A program made the position numbers and the translations under genes. A stretch of DNA of 64,000 nucleotides, taken from NCBI GenBank assembly GCA_051859245.1, contig JBHYGA010000001.1, positions 32,001-96,000 of the forward strand. The letters run 5' to 3'. Positions within the stretch are counted from its first letter, which is position 1, and each line of letters opens with the position of its first letter. This document shows positions 19,704 to 29,719 of the stretch, one piece after another. The notes beneath the pieces were generated by a model that saw nothing but the letters and a program-made list of their open reading frames with translations, was not told where the DNA came from and did no database searches. This DNA comes from Gemmatimonadaceae bacterium. Lineage in GTDB: Bacteria > Gemmatimonadota > Gemmatimonadetes > Gemmatimonadales > Gemmatimonadaceae.

Positions 19704-20782
19704 GACGTGCGACTCATCTCGCGTGGTGCGGTGGCGTGTGGAGCGTGCGCGCACAACGCGCGATACGCCTGGTGATGAGCACCGGCGATGGCGGGCCACG
19801 CGAAGTCGTCGAGTGGTGCAAGCGCAGCGCGCGGTGTTTCGCGGGCCCACACAATCGCGTCGCTCAAATGCGCACTGGTCAGTTCGCCATCGAAGCAGCG
19901 CACCCAATCTGCGCCAACGGCTTCCGCGAGTTCAGCCAGTGCGCCAAGGCGCGGCACCAGAACCGGTCGGCCGAGCGAGAGTGCAAGCAAGGCGCTGCCA
20001 CTGTTCAGAATTTCACGATATGGCAGTACCACCAGATCACTCGCCGTCAACGCGGTCGCGAGCTCCTTCTGACGTAAATGCCGGAGCTGCAACTGCACGC
20101 GTGCATCGCGCGCTGCGAGTGTCTCTATTTCCCCGCGGAGCGCCGTGGTCGCGGGCGCGCCAGTGATGACGCAGCGCGCCTGTCGATCCTGAACGCCCTG
20201 GAACGCACGCAGCAACGCCGGCACATTTTTATACGGGCGAATGCGCCCGCTGAACAACACGACCGGTGCCGATTGACTGAGACCGTACACATCGCGTGCA
20301 GCCGGCCGACTCCTCGTGGTCGCGTACTCGCTTCGATAATGACCGTGCGGAATGACCCACGACGCACGGCCCACGAGTTGCGGAAAACGCGACTCGGCCG
20401 CGGTCTGACCGGATCGGCTCAGATGAACAAACCCGTCGACCTCGTCCAGAAACTCGCGCCAGAACGCGTCTTCCAGCTCGGCGTGACGACCGTCGTGGGC
20501 GCGCAGGTTGTGTACGGTCCACACGAGCTTGATCCCGAGCCGCCGACCTTCCCGTGCCATGTGCAGCAGCGTGCGAGCGCGCCAGGCCGCGCGTGCCGCA
20601 CTCTTGCCGTTAAAACCATGCTCGGGCCAGTGTACGTGCCAAATGTCGCCCTGCGCGCGAAGCACCCGCCACGGCGCGGCCCCAAACACTTCGACTCCCT
20701 CGCGCTCCAGGTGCGTGTTGAGCAACCAGTTGTAGGGATTCCACCAACGATTGATCAACGCGGGTGACGCGAGTACGCGCAT
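19700..20782 (-). CDS. Glycosyltransferase (GT4/GT-B fold)
   Basis: HVHWPE, VWTVHN..H, GRIRPYKN, DLVVLPY...NSGSALLALSLGRPV. Confidence 0.88.
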   Translation of the reverse strand: MRVLASPALINRWWNPYNWLLNTHLEREGVEVFGAAPWRVLRAQGDIWHVHWPEHGFNGKSAARAAWRARTLLHMAREGRRLGIKLVWTVHNLRAHDGRHAELEDAFWREFLDEVDGFVHLSRSGQTAAESRFPQLVGRASWVIPHGHYRSEYATTRSRPAARDVYGLSQSAPVVLFSGRIRPYKNVPALLRAFQGVQDRQARCVITGAPATTALRGEIETLAARDARVQLQLRHLRQKELATALTASDLVVLPYREILNSGSALLALSLGRPVLVPRLGALAELAEAVGADWVRCFDGELTSAHLSDAIVWARETPRAALAPLDDFAWPAIAGAHHQAYRALCAHAPHATAPREMSRTS

Positions 20783-20920
20783 GCACTTGGGGCAGTGGTG
20801 GTCTGGGGCGACGGAACGGCGTCCCGTTGGGACTGGCACATGGTGTCACTGTCCACGCCATCGCGCCAGTGGGGGTGGCGCTCAGTTGGCAATTCGCGGG
20901 CGGCGGGTGAATGTTCGGGA

Positions 20921-21562
20921 ATGACCTCTGATCTCGTCTCCCGTCACCAGGCCACTCGCCTTGTGGGCACTCGCCGTACGGCGACTCGCCGAGCGCTGTT
21001 TCGCGCGATCGCCCTGTTTGCGGTTGCGTCAGTGTGCCCGGCCGTCGTGCAGGCACAGGCCGCGGTCCCGCCAGCCTTGCTGTTGGTCGTCCGCCACGCC
21101 GAGAAGGTGGACAACAGCGCCGATCCCGCGCTCAGCGAAGTCGGAATGGCGCGAGCGCGAGCGCTTGCCGAGTCGCTGATTGATGCAAAAGTCGAGCACG
21201 TGATTGTCACGCAGCGTCAGCGCACGCGACTCACGGCCGCGCCGACCATGAGCGCCCGCGGACTCACGCCGGAAGAGATTGGCTTTGGATCCTCGATGGA
21301 CGCACACGTGGCCGAAGTGGCCGCTGCCGCGAGGAAACAGGCGGGCAAGGTGGTGTTGATCGTGGGGCACAGCAATACGGTGCCGGCCATCGTCCACGCC
21401 CTTGGCGGCCCGAAAATGCCCGACCTGTGCGACGCGCGTTATGCGTCGTTGTTTGCAGTGGTTCCTGGAGCCGTTGGCACCGAAGCGCGCGTGGTCGTGT
21501 CGTCATTTGGTGTGCCGGACGCGCCAGGCGCGATGACCTGCGCGGGCATGGTGCCGCGCTGA
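20921..21562 (+). CDS. Secreted histidine phosphatase (phosphoglycerate mutase/SixA-like)
   Basis: VRHAEK, LSEVGMARA, RTRLT, LIVGHSNT; signal peptide. Confidence 0.85.
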   Translation: MTSDLVSRHQATRLVGTRRTATRRALFRAIALFAVASVCPAVVQAQAAVPPALLLVVRHAEKVDNSADPALSEVGMARARALAESLIDAKVEHVIVTQRQRTRLTAAPTMSARGLTPEEIGFGSSMDAHVAEVAAAARKQAGKVVLIVGHSNTVPAIVHALGGPKMPDLCDARYASLFAVVPGAVGTEARVVVSSFGVPDAPGAMTCAGMVPR

Positions 21563-22263
21563 TACTGCGGCGGATGCAGTGGCGGCTCCGGCGTGTGGCC
21601 GTAGTCGTGCGTTACACGCGGGTGCTCTGACGCGACGGCGGGATTGAGCCATTCAATGACCGCCGCCCACCCCAGTGATTCGGGGTCGTGCGCCAGATAG
21701 TTCGGCACCACGCCCAGCACGCGAAAGCCCTGACGAAGCTGAAAACTGAGTGTGGGATCACTCAATCGTGCGCTCACAATGCGATTCACGTACTCCTCGG
21801 CGGACAAACGACGCGCAACGCGGTGGTAGCCGCGCAACCGCGCGCCGGCGCGAATGCGGAGCAAGCCGAGCCGCTCTGTGAGTTCGCGTCGCGCGTGATA
21901 CAGCGCTTTGCCAATGCCCAGACCGCGTCGGCCCGGCATGACCATGACCTCTGCGCCGTACAGCGTGCGACCCTTGGCGGGATCGTGATTGCTGAATGAG
22001 CCGCCGGCGGTGAAGTCGCGCCATGATGAATGGAATTCGTAATCGTCCCACGCAACGATCAGGCTCGCGGCCATGCCCACAATGCCCTGCGTTTCCCGGT
22101 CAACCGCCACCAACTGCCCGTCAGGAAACGTGCGGAGATGGGCTGCGAGCTGCCGCTCATTCCACGGAGGCGAGCCAGGATACGTGGCCTCCGTGAGGGA
22201 AACAATGCCGGCGAAATCGGCAGGCGTTGTGTTGCGCACCTCAATGCGTCGGCGTGAACTCAC
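21439..22263 (-). CDS. GNAT family N-acetyltransferase
   Basis: TFPDGQLVA, TLYGAEVMV.P.RRGLGIGKALY, DPTLSFQL, IEWLNP; GTGA overlap with the upstream hydrolase. Confidence 0.85.
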   Translation of the reverse strand: MSSRRRIEVRNTTPADFAGIVSLTEATYPGSPPWNERQLAAHLRTFPDGQLVAVDRETQGIVGMAASLIVAWDDYEFHSSWRDFTAGGSFSNHDPAKGRTLYGAEVMVMPGRRGLGIGKALYHARRELTERLGLLRIRAGARLRGYHRVARRLSAEEYVNRIVSARLSDPTLSFQLRQGFRVLGVVPNYLAHDPESLGWAAVIEWLNPAVASEHPRVTHDYGHTPEPPLHPPQYQRGTMPAQVIAPGASGTPNDDTTTRASVPTAPGTTANNDA

Positions 22264-23150
22264 AACACCACCAGTTGCGGTTCTGCGACCAGCGCGGAGG
22301 TGCGCTCGCTATCCAGCAGCGGGAGCACGGTGCCTTCTTCACGACTGCGCCGAATGGTGTCGAGATTGAGATCGCCAATCACCATCATTTCCTGATTCAC
22401 ATTGCCTTCGGCGAGAATCCCGTCACGCGCAAACGGAAAATCACTCGGTGTCAGAATGGACGCGAGACCGTAGTTGAGCGACACCGCCGGCACCTGCGGC
22501 AGCGATCCCACCGTGCCCGCATTGATCACGTACATCTGATTCTCAATTGCGCGCGCGTGTGCGCAGTAGCGCACGCGCCAGAATCCCTGTCGATCATCAG
22601 TGCAACTGGGCACGCAGAGGATATCGGCACCAGCGCGCGCCGCGGCACGCGCAATTTCCGGAAACTCCACATCGTAACAGATGGCCACGGCAAACTTGCC
22701 GAATGGCGCCTGAAAAATGCGCAGCTGTGAATCGGGTGACACGTGCCATTCGTCGCGCTCGAAGCGCGTCATGTGCAGCTTGCCCTGCACGCCGCGCGTG
22801 CCGTTCGGGCCGAGCACATAACTGTGATTGCGCACCACATCCGGATTCTTCGCGTCGCGTTCCGGCACCGTACCGGCAACTACGTACAAACCATAGCGCT
22901 GCGCGCACGACGCCATCAGCTCAATGACCGCCGGCGACTGATCCGCAAGCGTGCGGATTTGTTCGCGCATGGGCCGGCGCGTGTCGCCAAGCGTGAGCAG
23001 CTGCACACAGAAATATTCTGGAAACACGACCAGCTGGCAGCGATAGTCAGCGGCGGTTTGCAACAGTGCGTCTACCTGATCGCGGAACTGGTCAAATGTT
23101 GCGACCGGTCGAATCAGATATTGCAGCGCTGCGACACGAAGTCGCTCCAT
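22260..23150 (-). CDS. Carbon-nitrogen hydrolase (nitrilase superfamily)
   Basis: Catalytic triad motifs FPEY, KLH, ICYDVEFPE; ARAIENQ. Confidence 0.9.
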   Translation of the reverse strand: MERLRVAALQYLIRPVATFDQFRDQVDALLQTAADYRCQLVVFPEYFCVQLLTLGDTRRPMREQIRTLADQSPAVIELMASCAQRYGLYVVAGTVPERDAKNPDVVRNHSYVLGPNGTRGVQGKLHMTRFERDEWHVSPDSQLRIFQAPFGKFAVAICYDVEFPEIARAAARAGADILCVPSCTDDRQGFWRVRYCAHARAIENQMYVINAGTVGSLPQVPAVSLNYGLASILTPSDFPFARDGILAEGNVNQEMMVIGDLNLDTIRRSREEGTVLPLLDSERTSALVAEPQLVVL

Positions 23151-23401
23151 GCAGAGCCTCCCTTGAATGCGAAAGGCGATCCGCGCGCGCAATGTGATGG
23201 AACCGCCAAAGACATAGTTAATACACGCGACAAGCGATGGTGTTCCGTATCACCAATAGGTCACGTGACCTGAGTGTCTGGTGCTCGCACGTTGCGCTAC
23301 GCGGTCGTAGGTCAGTTGACATAGGTGCGCAAGTCGTAACGCGCGTAGTGTTGGCGTCATCCCGAGCAACCTGACTCGTCAACACACAAGCTGAGGCATC
23401 C

Positions 23402-25624
23402 GTGTTTCGTTCAACAGTTCGTACATCACCAGCGTTTCGCATCAAACAGGTAGTTGTGGCGGCGCTGCTCGCCACACTCGTCGCATGTGGTAGCGACGAA
23501 GCAGACGACCCCATTGCACCACAGGGCGACTACACGGTGGCGCTGAACCCCGCCGCACTCACCATCACGCAGGGCCAGAACGCGCAGTTCAGCGTCACGG
23601 CCACGCGCACCGGTGGTTTTGCGGGTGCCATTGCCGGCACAGCGGAGGGTGCACCAGCCGGCGTGACGATCTCGCCCATTACGATCGCGGCCGGGAGCAA
23701 CAGCGCGCAGATCACGGCGACCGTCGCAGGCACAGCGACACCTGGTGCATACCCGATTACGATTCGCACCACCGCCACGGGCATTGCCGCCAAGACAAGC
23801 ACACTCACGCTGACGATCAACGCCGCCGCAACGCCCGCCATGGAAGTCGCGTTGGCTCCAGCCGCGTTGAACATTGCCGCAGGTGCGCAGGGCACGAGCA
23901 ACATGAACATCACGCGCAGCGGCGGTTTCGCGGGCGCCGTGACGCTGGCATTGCAGGGTAACGCACCAGCAGGCATCACCGTGACGCTGCCGGCCGGTCC
24001 GGTTGCCGGCAATACCGCCGCGATCAACGTTGCCGTGGCCAATCAGGTTGCTGCGGGCAACTATCCGATCACGATCAATGCGACCGGCACCGGAGTCACC
24101 GCGCGTAGTGCCGTGTTGACGGTGACGGTGACTGCGCCAAACCTTGGCACCTTCACGCTTGCGGCGAACCCCGCTGCCGTTGCGGTTACGCGGGGGCAGA
24201 CGGCGCAAACCACGATCACGGTCAATCGTGTCGCGCCGCATGTTGCGCCGGTGGCCTTGGCGATCACAGGACTCCCTGCAGGCGTCACCGCGGAAGTGAA
24301 CCCCTCGCCCATCGTTGGTAACACCGCCACCATTACGTTTATGGCAACCGCAGGTGCCACGATTGGCGCCAGCACCGTCAACATTGTGGGAACGGGTGGC
24401 AACGTCACGTCGGCGGCCATCAATGTCGCGTTGACCGTGGCGGCGGGCGGCAGTACCGGTGGCAACGTCACCTTTACGTTCTGCGAAGACACCGGTTTGC
24501 CTGTCTTCGTCGCCTATCAGGACGGTAACGGCGCGTGGACGCGCGCAAACGCGGCGGCCAACAATGTGTACTCGTTCAACATTGCGAGCGGTCGTGGTGG
24601 TGTGGCGGTTGTGACAGACATTGGCGGAGCGGATCTGTCGGTGCAGTATGGCAGTGCTGCTGAACTGAATGCGCTGGGCACCAGCTCGTGTGGTACTGCG
24701 CCTGCAACGGGCCGCACCTTCACAGGATCGGTGGCTGGCATCGGACCGATGGACTTTGTGTCTGTGGTGGCTGGCAACGCGTTTGCAACCGTGATGGGCT
24801 TTGGTGCCCCCACGTACACGCTCGAGAATGTTGCCCCGGGCGCGTTTGACTTGCTGGCCACGCGCTTCGCCTTCACCGGTGGACCGGGCAAATTCATCAT
24901 TCGTCGCAATCTGAATCCGGCCAACAACAGCGCACTTCCCGTGCTCGATTTCAACGGCCCGGAAGCGTTTGATCCTGTGCAGCGCACGGTCACCGTCAAC
25001 AACTCGCAGGGGCACGAACTCACTGCGTTTGGACTGTACGTATTGCAGGGCGGATCGAGCGGCGGTCTGTACTTCTCGGATTTCGAAGGCTCAACACAGA
25101 CCACGCGCAACTGGTACGGCGTACCGAATGACAAGCGCGCGGCGGGTGACTTCCACCTGCTGTTCGTGAATGCGTCAACGGGCGTGAACCAGTCGGATAC
25201 GCGCAGTATCGCGCGCGTGTTCCGCGAGGCCACGAATCAGACCTACACGCTGCCTGCGTCCCTCACCGCACCAACGATCTCATCGCTGGGCGCGAGTGGC
25301 GGCAACAGCCGGGTGCGTGCGGTGTATACGCCCCAGGCTGATTACGGCAGCCAGTGGTCGATTGGATATTCGCAGAACAACGGCGCCAACGTCTCGATCT
25401 CGGTGAACTCCGGCTACGCGGCAGGCGGTGCGATCACGATCGATGTTCCGGATCTCAGCGGGCTCGCAGGCTGGAACACGAACTGGGGACTGCGCGCTGG
25501 CCAGAGCACGACGTGGCAGTTCACCGCCAGCGGTTGGGACGCGAGCTTCAACCCAACGAGCCCGGGCTTCACAGACGGTGCCGTGGTTCGCTCGGCCTCC
25601 AAGCAGGGCGCGATCACGCCGTAA
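23402..25624 (+). CDS. Surface lipoprotein with three tandem Ig-like repeats
   Basis: Lipobox LVAC; three ~100-aa Thr/Ala-rich repeats (NPAALTI..G...TRTGGFAGA). Confidence 0.7.
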   Translation: MFRSTVRTSPAFRIKQVVVAALLATLVACGSDEADDPIAPQGDYTVALNPAALTITQGQNAQFSVTATRTGGFAGAIAGTAEGAPAGVTISPITIAAGSNSAQITATVAGTATPGAYPITIRTTATGIAAKTSTLTLTINAAATPAMEVALAPAALNIAAGAQGTSNMNITRSGGFAGAVTLALQGNAPAGITVTLPAGPVAGNTAAINVAVANQVAAGNYPITINATGTGVTARSAVLTVTVTAPNLGTFTLAANPAAVAVTRGQTAQTTITVNRVAPHVAPVALAITGLPAGVTAEVNPSPIVGNTATITFMATAGATIGASTVNIVGTGGNVTSAAINVALTVAAGGSTGGNVTFTFCEDTGLPVFVAYQDGNGAWTRANAAANNVYSFNIASGRGGVAVVTDIGGADLSVQYGSAAELNALGTSSCGTAPATGRTFTGSVAGIGPMDFVSVVAGNAFATVMGFGAPTYTLENVAPGAFDLLATRFAFTGGPGKFIIRRNLNPANNSALPVLDFNGPEAFDPVQRTVTVNNSQGHELTAFGLYVLQGGSSGGLYFSDFEGSTQTTRNWYGVPNDKRAAGDFHLLFVNASTGVNQSDTRSIARVFREATNQTYTLPASLTAPTISSLGASGGNSRVRAVYTPQADYGSQWSIGYSQNNGANVSISVNSGYAAGGAITIDVPDLSGLAGWNTNWGLRAGQSTTWQFTASGWDASFNPTSPGFTDGAVVRSASKQGAITP

Positions 25625-25735
25625 CACCACGCGGTTCAGCGGGTATGTTCAGATCGGGGAGCGCATCGCAACGATGCTGCTCCCCGATCGTCGTTGGCGT
25701 GTGAATGCAACACGATTCCTCTTCAGTACTTGCTC

Positions 25736-27733
25736 ATGTCCGCTGTGCGCTCTCCGTCAGTTCTCCGCTCCGTGCCTCACCGTTTGCATGCGATCATGGC
25801 CGCGGTGTGCTGCGTTGCCGCCCCGATCAGCGCGCAACCGTCGCTCACCACGCAGGCCAGCGACAGTGTGGCCAAATGGGCGGTGCCGCTTGCACGGGCA
25901 GGCACGACGTCGGCCGCGATATTGCTCGAATCCTTGGATGCACAGGTCGAGCGCGACGGCAGCGGTCGGCGCACCCATCGCACGGTCGTGCACGTGCTGC
26001 AGCAATCGGCAGTCAACGGATCGGCCGAGCGTCGCTTCAGTTGGCAACCGAGTCGACAGGATTTTGTGCTGGACTGGGTGCGTGTACTGCGTCCCGATGG
26101 CACGGTCATCAGCAACGCACCGAGCACCGACCAGACCGGCGACGCAACCGCGTCAATGCAGAATCCGATTTATGTGGACAGCCGTACGAGGCGAATTTCA
26201 CTTTCTGGTGTCGCGGCCAATACGATTGTTGATGTGCAGTACACGGTGATCGACAAATCACCGTGGCGCGAAGGTGATTTTCTGATCAACTGGCAGTTCT
26301 CGCCGCCAGGCCCCATGCGTGTGTCGCAGCTGCGCGTGAGTGTGCCAAGCGACTTTTCGCCGCGTATTGATGAGCGCAATCTCACCATGCGTCGCCGCGA
26401 GAGTACTGAAGCTGGTCGCACCGTGTATGAATGGCGCGCCGTGCAACCGCCGATCGTGCGCGCAGAACCGTTTGCGTCCGACTCCAACGATGTACGCATG
26501 ACCGTGACGGTCTCGGCGCCGCACTCATGGGATAGTGTCACCACGTGGTATCACAATCTCGCCAGGGATTCGTACACGCTCGACGCCGCGTCGGCGGCGC
26601 GCGCCGACAGTGTGGTGCGAGGCGCGACATCGCGAACCGACACGCTGCAACGCTTGCACAAGTGGATCGCGCAGGATATTCGCTATGTGTCGGTCTCGCT
26701 CGGCCTTGGAGGATTCCAGCCGCGTTCGCCGCTGGACGTGCTCAGCACCGGCTACGGTGATTGCAAAGACAAAACCACGCTGTTCGTGGCGGCCGCCAGG
26801 CGTTGGGGCATTGACGCTCGCGCGGTGCTGCTGAATCTCAATGGCGGTCGTGATTCACGACCGGTTGCGATCAATCGCTTCAACCATGCCATCGCGGCCA
26901 TTGCCGGTCCGAACAACAGCTACACGTTTACGGATCTTACCGCAGGACACATTCCGTACGGTCAGCTCCCGGGTTCGTATCGCGGTGCGTTTGGTGTGGT
27001 GATCCGCCCCGATGGCACCGCCGACGAAGTGCAGTTTCCGCAACGCCCCGCGGATTCCACCGGCAGTTCGGTGCGCATGATCGCCACACTGCAGGAGGAC
27101 GGCCGCATGTCCATGCGTGTGGAGGACAGACCGCGCGGCGACAATGCGTGGGCCATGCGCGTGGCGTTTTCGCAGCCGCTTGATTCGGCGCGACGCGCCA
27201 CTGGACTCCGTGGCATTGCCACCAGCTATTTGCCGGAGTCAACCGCCGATTCGCTGCAGGTGTTCGACGGCCTGGACTTCTCGCAGCCGGAACGTGTGCA
27301 GGCCGTGCTGATCAACGGACGTGGCGCGCGCCCCGCCGGGCCAGTGTGGTTATTGCATCTACCACCAGCCTATCGACAGGTGGCGACGAGTGCGTCGAAC
27401 TCCGCACGTGAGCTTTCGGCAATGTCCGAGCGCAAGTTGCCGATCGACGCGACGCGTGTGATCGGCGCACGCATTGTGGAGGTGGAGTATCGGGTGACGC
27501 TGCCCGACGGCTGGCGTGCGCAGCTACCGCCTGCGGTTTCAACCACCAGCTTCTTCGCGCGCTACGAGAGCACGTACCGCATGGAAGGCCGTGATCTTGT
27601 GATGCGCCGCGTATTGCGTGGCCAGGGTGAGGGAGTACATCCGCCACAACGCATCGTCGAAGTGATCGCCTGGATGCGCGCCGTTGCGGCGGATGACATT
27701 GAGTTCATCACACTCACCCCGTCGCCGCGCTAG
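25736..27733 (+). CDS. DUF3857/transglutaminase-like domain protein, secreted
   Basis: IRYVSVSLG.GG.QP, GDCKDK, FNHAI, DLT (Cys-His-Asp triad). Confidence 0.85.
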   Translation: MSAVRSPSVLRSVPHRLHAIMAAVCCVAAPISAQPSLTTQASDSVAKWAVPLARAGTTSAAILLESLDAQVERDGSGRRTHRTVVHVLQQSAVNGSAERRFSWQPSRQDFVLDWVRVLRPDGTVISNAPSTDQTGDATASMQNPIYVDSRTRRISLSGVAANTIVDVQYTVIDKSPWREGDFLINWQFSPPGPMRVSQLRVSVPSDFSPRIDERNLTMRRRESTEAGRTVYEWRAVQPPIVRAEPFASDSNDVRMTVTVSAPHSWDSVTTWYHNLARDSYTLDAASAARADSVVRGATSRTDTLQRLHKWIAQDIRYVSVSLGLGGFQPRSPLDVLSTGYGDCKDKTTLFVAAARRWGIDARAVLLNLNGGRDSRPVAINRFNHAIAAIAGPNNSYTFTDLTAGHIPYGQLPGSYRGAFGVVIRPDGTADEVQFPQRPADSTGSSVRMIATLQEDGRMSMRVEDRPRGDNAWAMRVAFSQPLDSARRATGLRGIATSYLPESTADSLQVFDGLDFSQPERVQAVLINGRGARPAGPVWLLHLPPAYRQVATSASNSARELSAMSERKLPIDATRVIGARIVEVEYRVTLPDGWRAQLPPAVSTTSFFARYESTYRMEGRDLVMRRVLRGQGEGVHPPQRIVEVIAWMRAVAADDIEFITLTPSPR

Positions 27734-29658
27734 TAATCCACCGGTCGCAGGTACGACTCACCAATCGCGGTGTTGCTCAGCAGCGCAACAGAGGGACCAC
27801 GACGCTTCCAGTGTGTGCTGTCGAGGCGGTTGCGCACGAGCTTTACATCGGCGGCACGAAAGCCGCGCGAAATAAGCGCCTCCGCCGACCAGCCGTTCAG
27901 CAGCCAATGCAGCAGCTCGTCAGCCTTCGCGTAACTGATGCCGAGATCTGTTTCGTCGGTCTGTCCCTTGATCAGATCTGCCGTTGGTGGCTTGTCGACA
28001 ATGACCGTTGGTACACCCAAGTGCCGCGCCAGCTGTTGCACTTGTGTTTTGTACAAATCGCCGAGCGGATTCACCGGCGGTGAATCGTCGCCGTGCCACG
28101 TGTAGTAGCCAAAGAGTCGCTCCGTTTTGTTGCCGGTACCGAGTGGCAGGGCACGATACTTTGCCGACAGGTCAAAGAGTGTGATCATGCGCATGCGCGA
28201 CATCACGTTGCCGCGACGCGCGGGATCGGCGTCGGGCTCAGCGGCGAGATACCCGTCCACGGCGGGTGAGATGTCGACGGTGCGTTCCTGAATGCCGAGC
28301 GCATCAACGACCAGCTGCGCATGCGTGAGCGAATCGGCGCCCGATGTGCGATACGGCATGCGCACCGCAATCACATTCTCGGCGCCAAACGCACGCGCGG
28401 CGAGATATGCCGTAACGGCCGAATCAATGCCACCGGAAAGTCCCACGAGTGCTTTTTCGTAACTGCGTCGTGCGAACTCTTCACGAAGAAAGCCCGTCAG
28501 CCACTGTTCGGTCAGTTCAACGTCCAGCGTGAGCGCGGGCGGTCCTCCCTGCTCACGAAGTGTCACGCGCGTGATTGCGATCTCGTCGGCCGACACGGTG
28601 CGTTCGCTGGCCGCATCACTCACGGTGAGTTCTGGCGGAATCGCGTACTCGCCGGTGTGAAAGCCACGTGCGTCGAGCAGTAGATCAGCCGCGGCCGGTT
28701 CGGGTCCATCGTACTCGAGACGCTCCGGCTCGCGCGATCGCACCACACGCAACTGTTCGAGCACATGTGGCAAAGCCACACGCAAATCTGCCAGCAGCGG
28801 CGAGTCAGCGCGCGCACGTACCAGGTCATCAAGATCGACCGTGGCAATCACCAGATGCTCGTCCCACACCGGCGCGCGCACACGAATGTCGCCGCTTGGT
28901 CCAACGATCAGCGAACTGCCGAAAAAGCGTTTACCGCCTTCCGTGCCCACAAGATTCGAATACGCGGTGTACACGCCGTGTTCGTCGGCGATATCACGCA
29001 TCAGGCGTTCCCAGCGCGTCACGCTCGCCGGCCCGGGCACGCCGTCTTCGCGCGCGTACGGTCCGCGCGCGGGGGCGGCACTCAGCACGAACACCACTTT
29101 CGCGTCATCCAGCGCCGCAATGGTGCCTGAGAGCGAGTGCCACGCGTCTTCGCAAATCAGCATCGCGGCGCGGCCCCACGCCGTCTCAAATGCGCGCAAC
29201 GAGGTGCCGCGTTCAACGAAACGCTCTTCGTCAAACAGACCGTACGTGGGCAGATAGTTCTTGCGGTGTACGTGGCGAATGATCGGCGGCCCATCGGGCA
29301 ATCCGATCGTGATGTACGCGGCGCTGTTGAACAGCGTGTCGCGCCACCGTTCGTAAAACCCGATCACCACGTCAACCGTGTTCGGCACTCGGTCGAGTTC
29401 GGCGCAGGCGGCTCGGTATGCGTCATCAAGATCGTTAGCGAGTGCGCCGGCCGTGCAGGCGAGTTCCCGCACGCCGCCTTCCACGAAGTAGCCACTGAGC
29501 GCCGTTTCCGGGAACTGAATGACCTGTGGCGACGGCTCGCTTTGGGTGGCCTGGGCACAGAGGCGACCAATGCGGGCGATGTTTCCGGCGACATCCCTCT
29601 TGCGAGGGGCAAACTGGCAGACCGCGAGGGTCAGCGGACGAATTGGCTCTGCAGACAT
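27730..29658 (-). CDS. nadE: Glutamine-dependent NAD+ synthetase
   Basis: N-terminal nitrilase domain (FPE, HRK, ICED) plus synthetase domain GLSGGIDS, RMRM, GTGNKTE, DLYKT, PTADL. Confidence 0.93.
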   Translation of the reverse strand: MSAEPIRPLTLAVCQFAPRKRDVAGNIARIGRLCAQATQSEPSPQVIQFPETALSGYFVEGGVRELACTAGALANDLDDAYRAACAELDRVPNTVDVVIGFYERWRDTLFNSAAYITIGLPDGPPIIRHVHRKNYLPTYGLFDEERFVERGTSLRAFETAWGRAAMLICEDAWHSLSGTIAALDDAKVVFVLSAAPARGPYAREDGVPGPASVTRWERLMRDIADEHGVYTAYSNLVGTEGGKRFFGSSLIVGPSGDIRVRAPVWDEHLVIATVDLDDLVRARADSPLLADLRVALPHVLEQLRVVRSREPERLEYDGPEPAAADLLLDARGFHTGEYAIPPELTVSDAASERTVSADEIAITRVTLREQGGPPALTLDVELTEQWLTGFLREEFARRSYEKALVGLSGGIDSAVTAYLAARAFGAENVIAVRMPYRTSGADSLTHAQLVVDALGIQERTVDISPAVDGYLAAEPDADPARRGNVMSRMRMITLFDLSAKYRALPLGTGNKTERLFGYYTWHGDDSPPVNPLGDLYKTQVQQLARHLGVPTVIVDKPPTADLIKGQTDETDLGISYAKADELLHWLLNGWSAEALISRGFRAADVKLVRNRLDSTHWKRRGPSVALLSNTAIGESYLRPVDY

Positions 29659-29719
29659 ACCGGAAGGTGATGTGACCCGCGCCGCCGATCAACTCATTGG
29701 CCCCGGGGTATTTTCATGC

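Noticed and set aside
23426..25015. Long antisense ORFs (529 aa here; also 7847..9076, 43950..45206, 48540..49790, 50447..51754)
   Set aside because: Shadow frames of well-supported genes, expected in high-GC DNA with strong codon bias.
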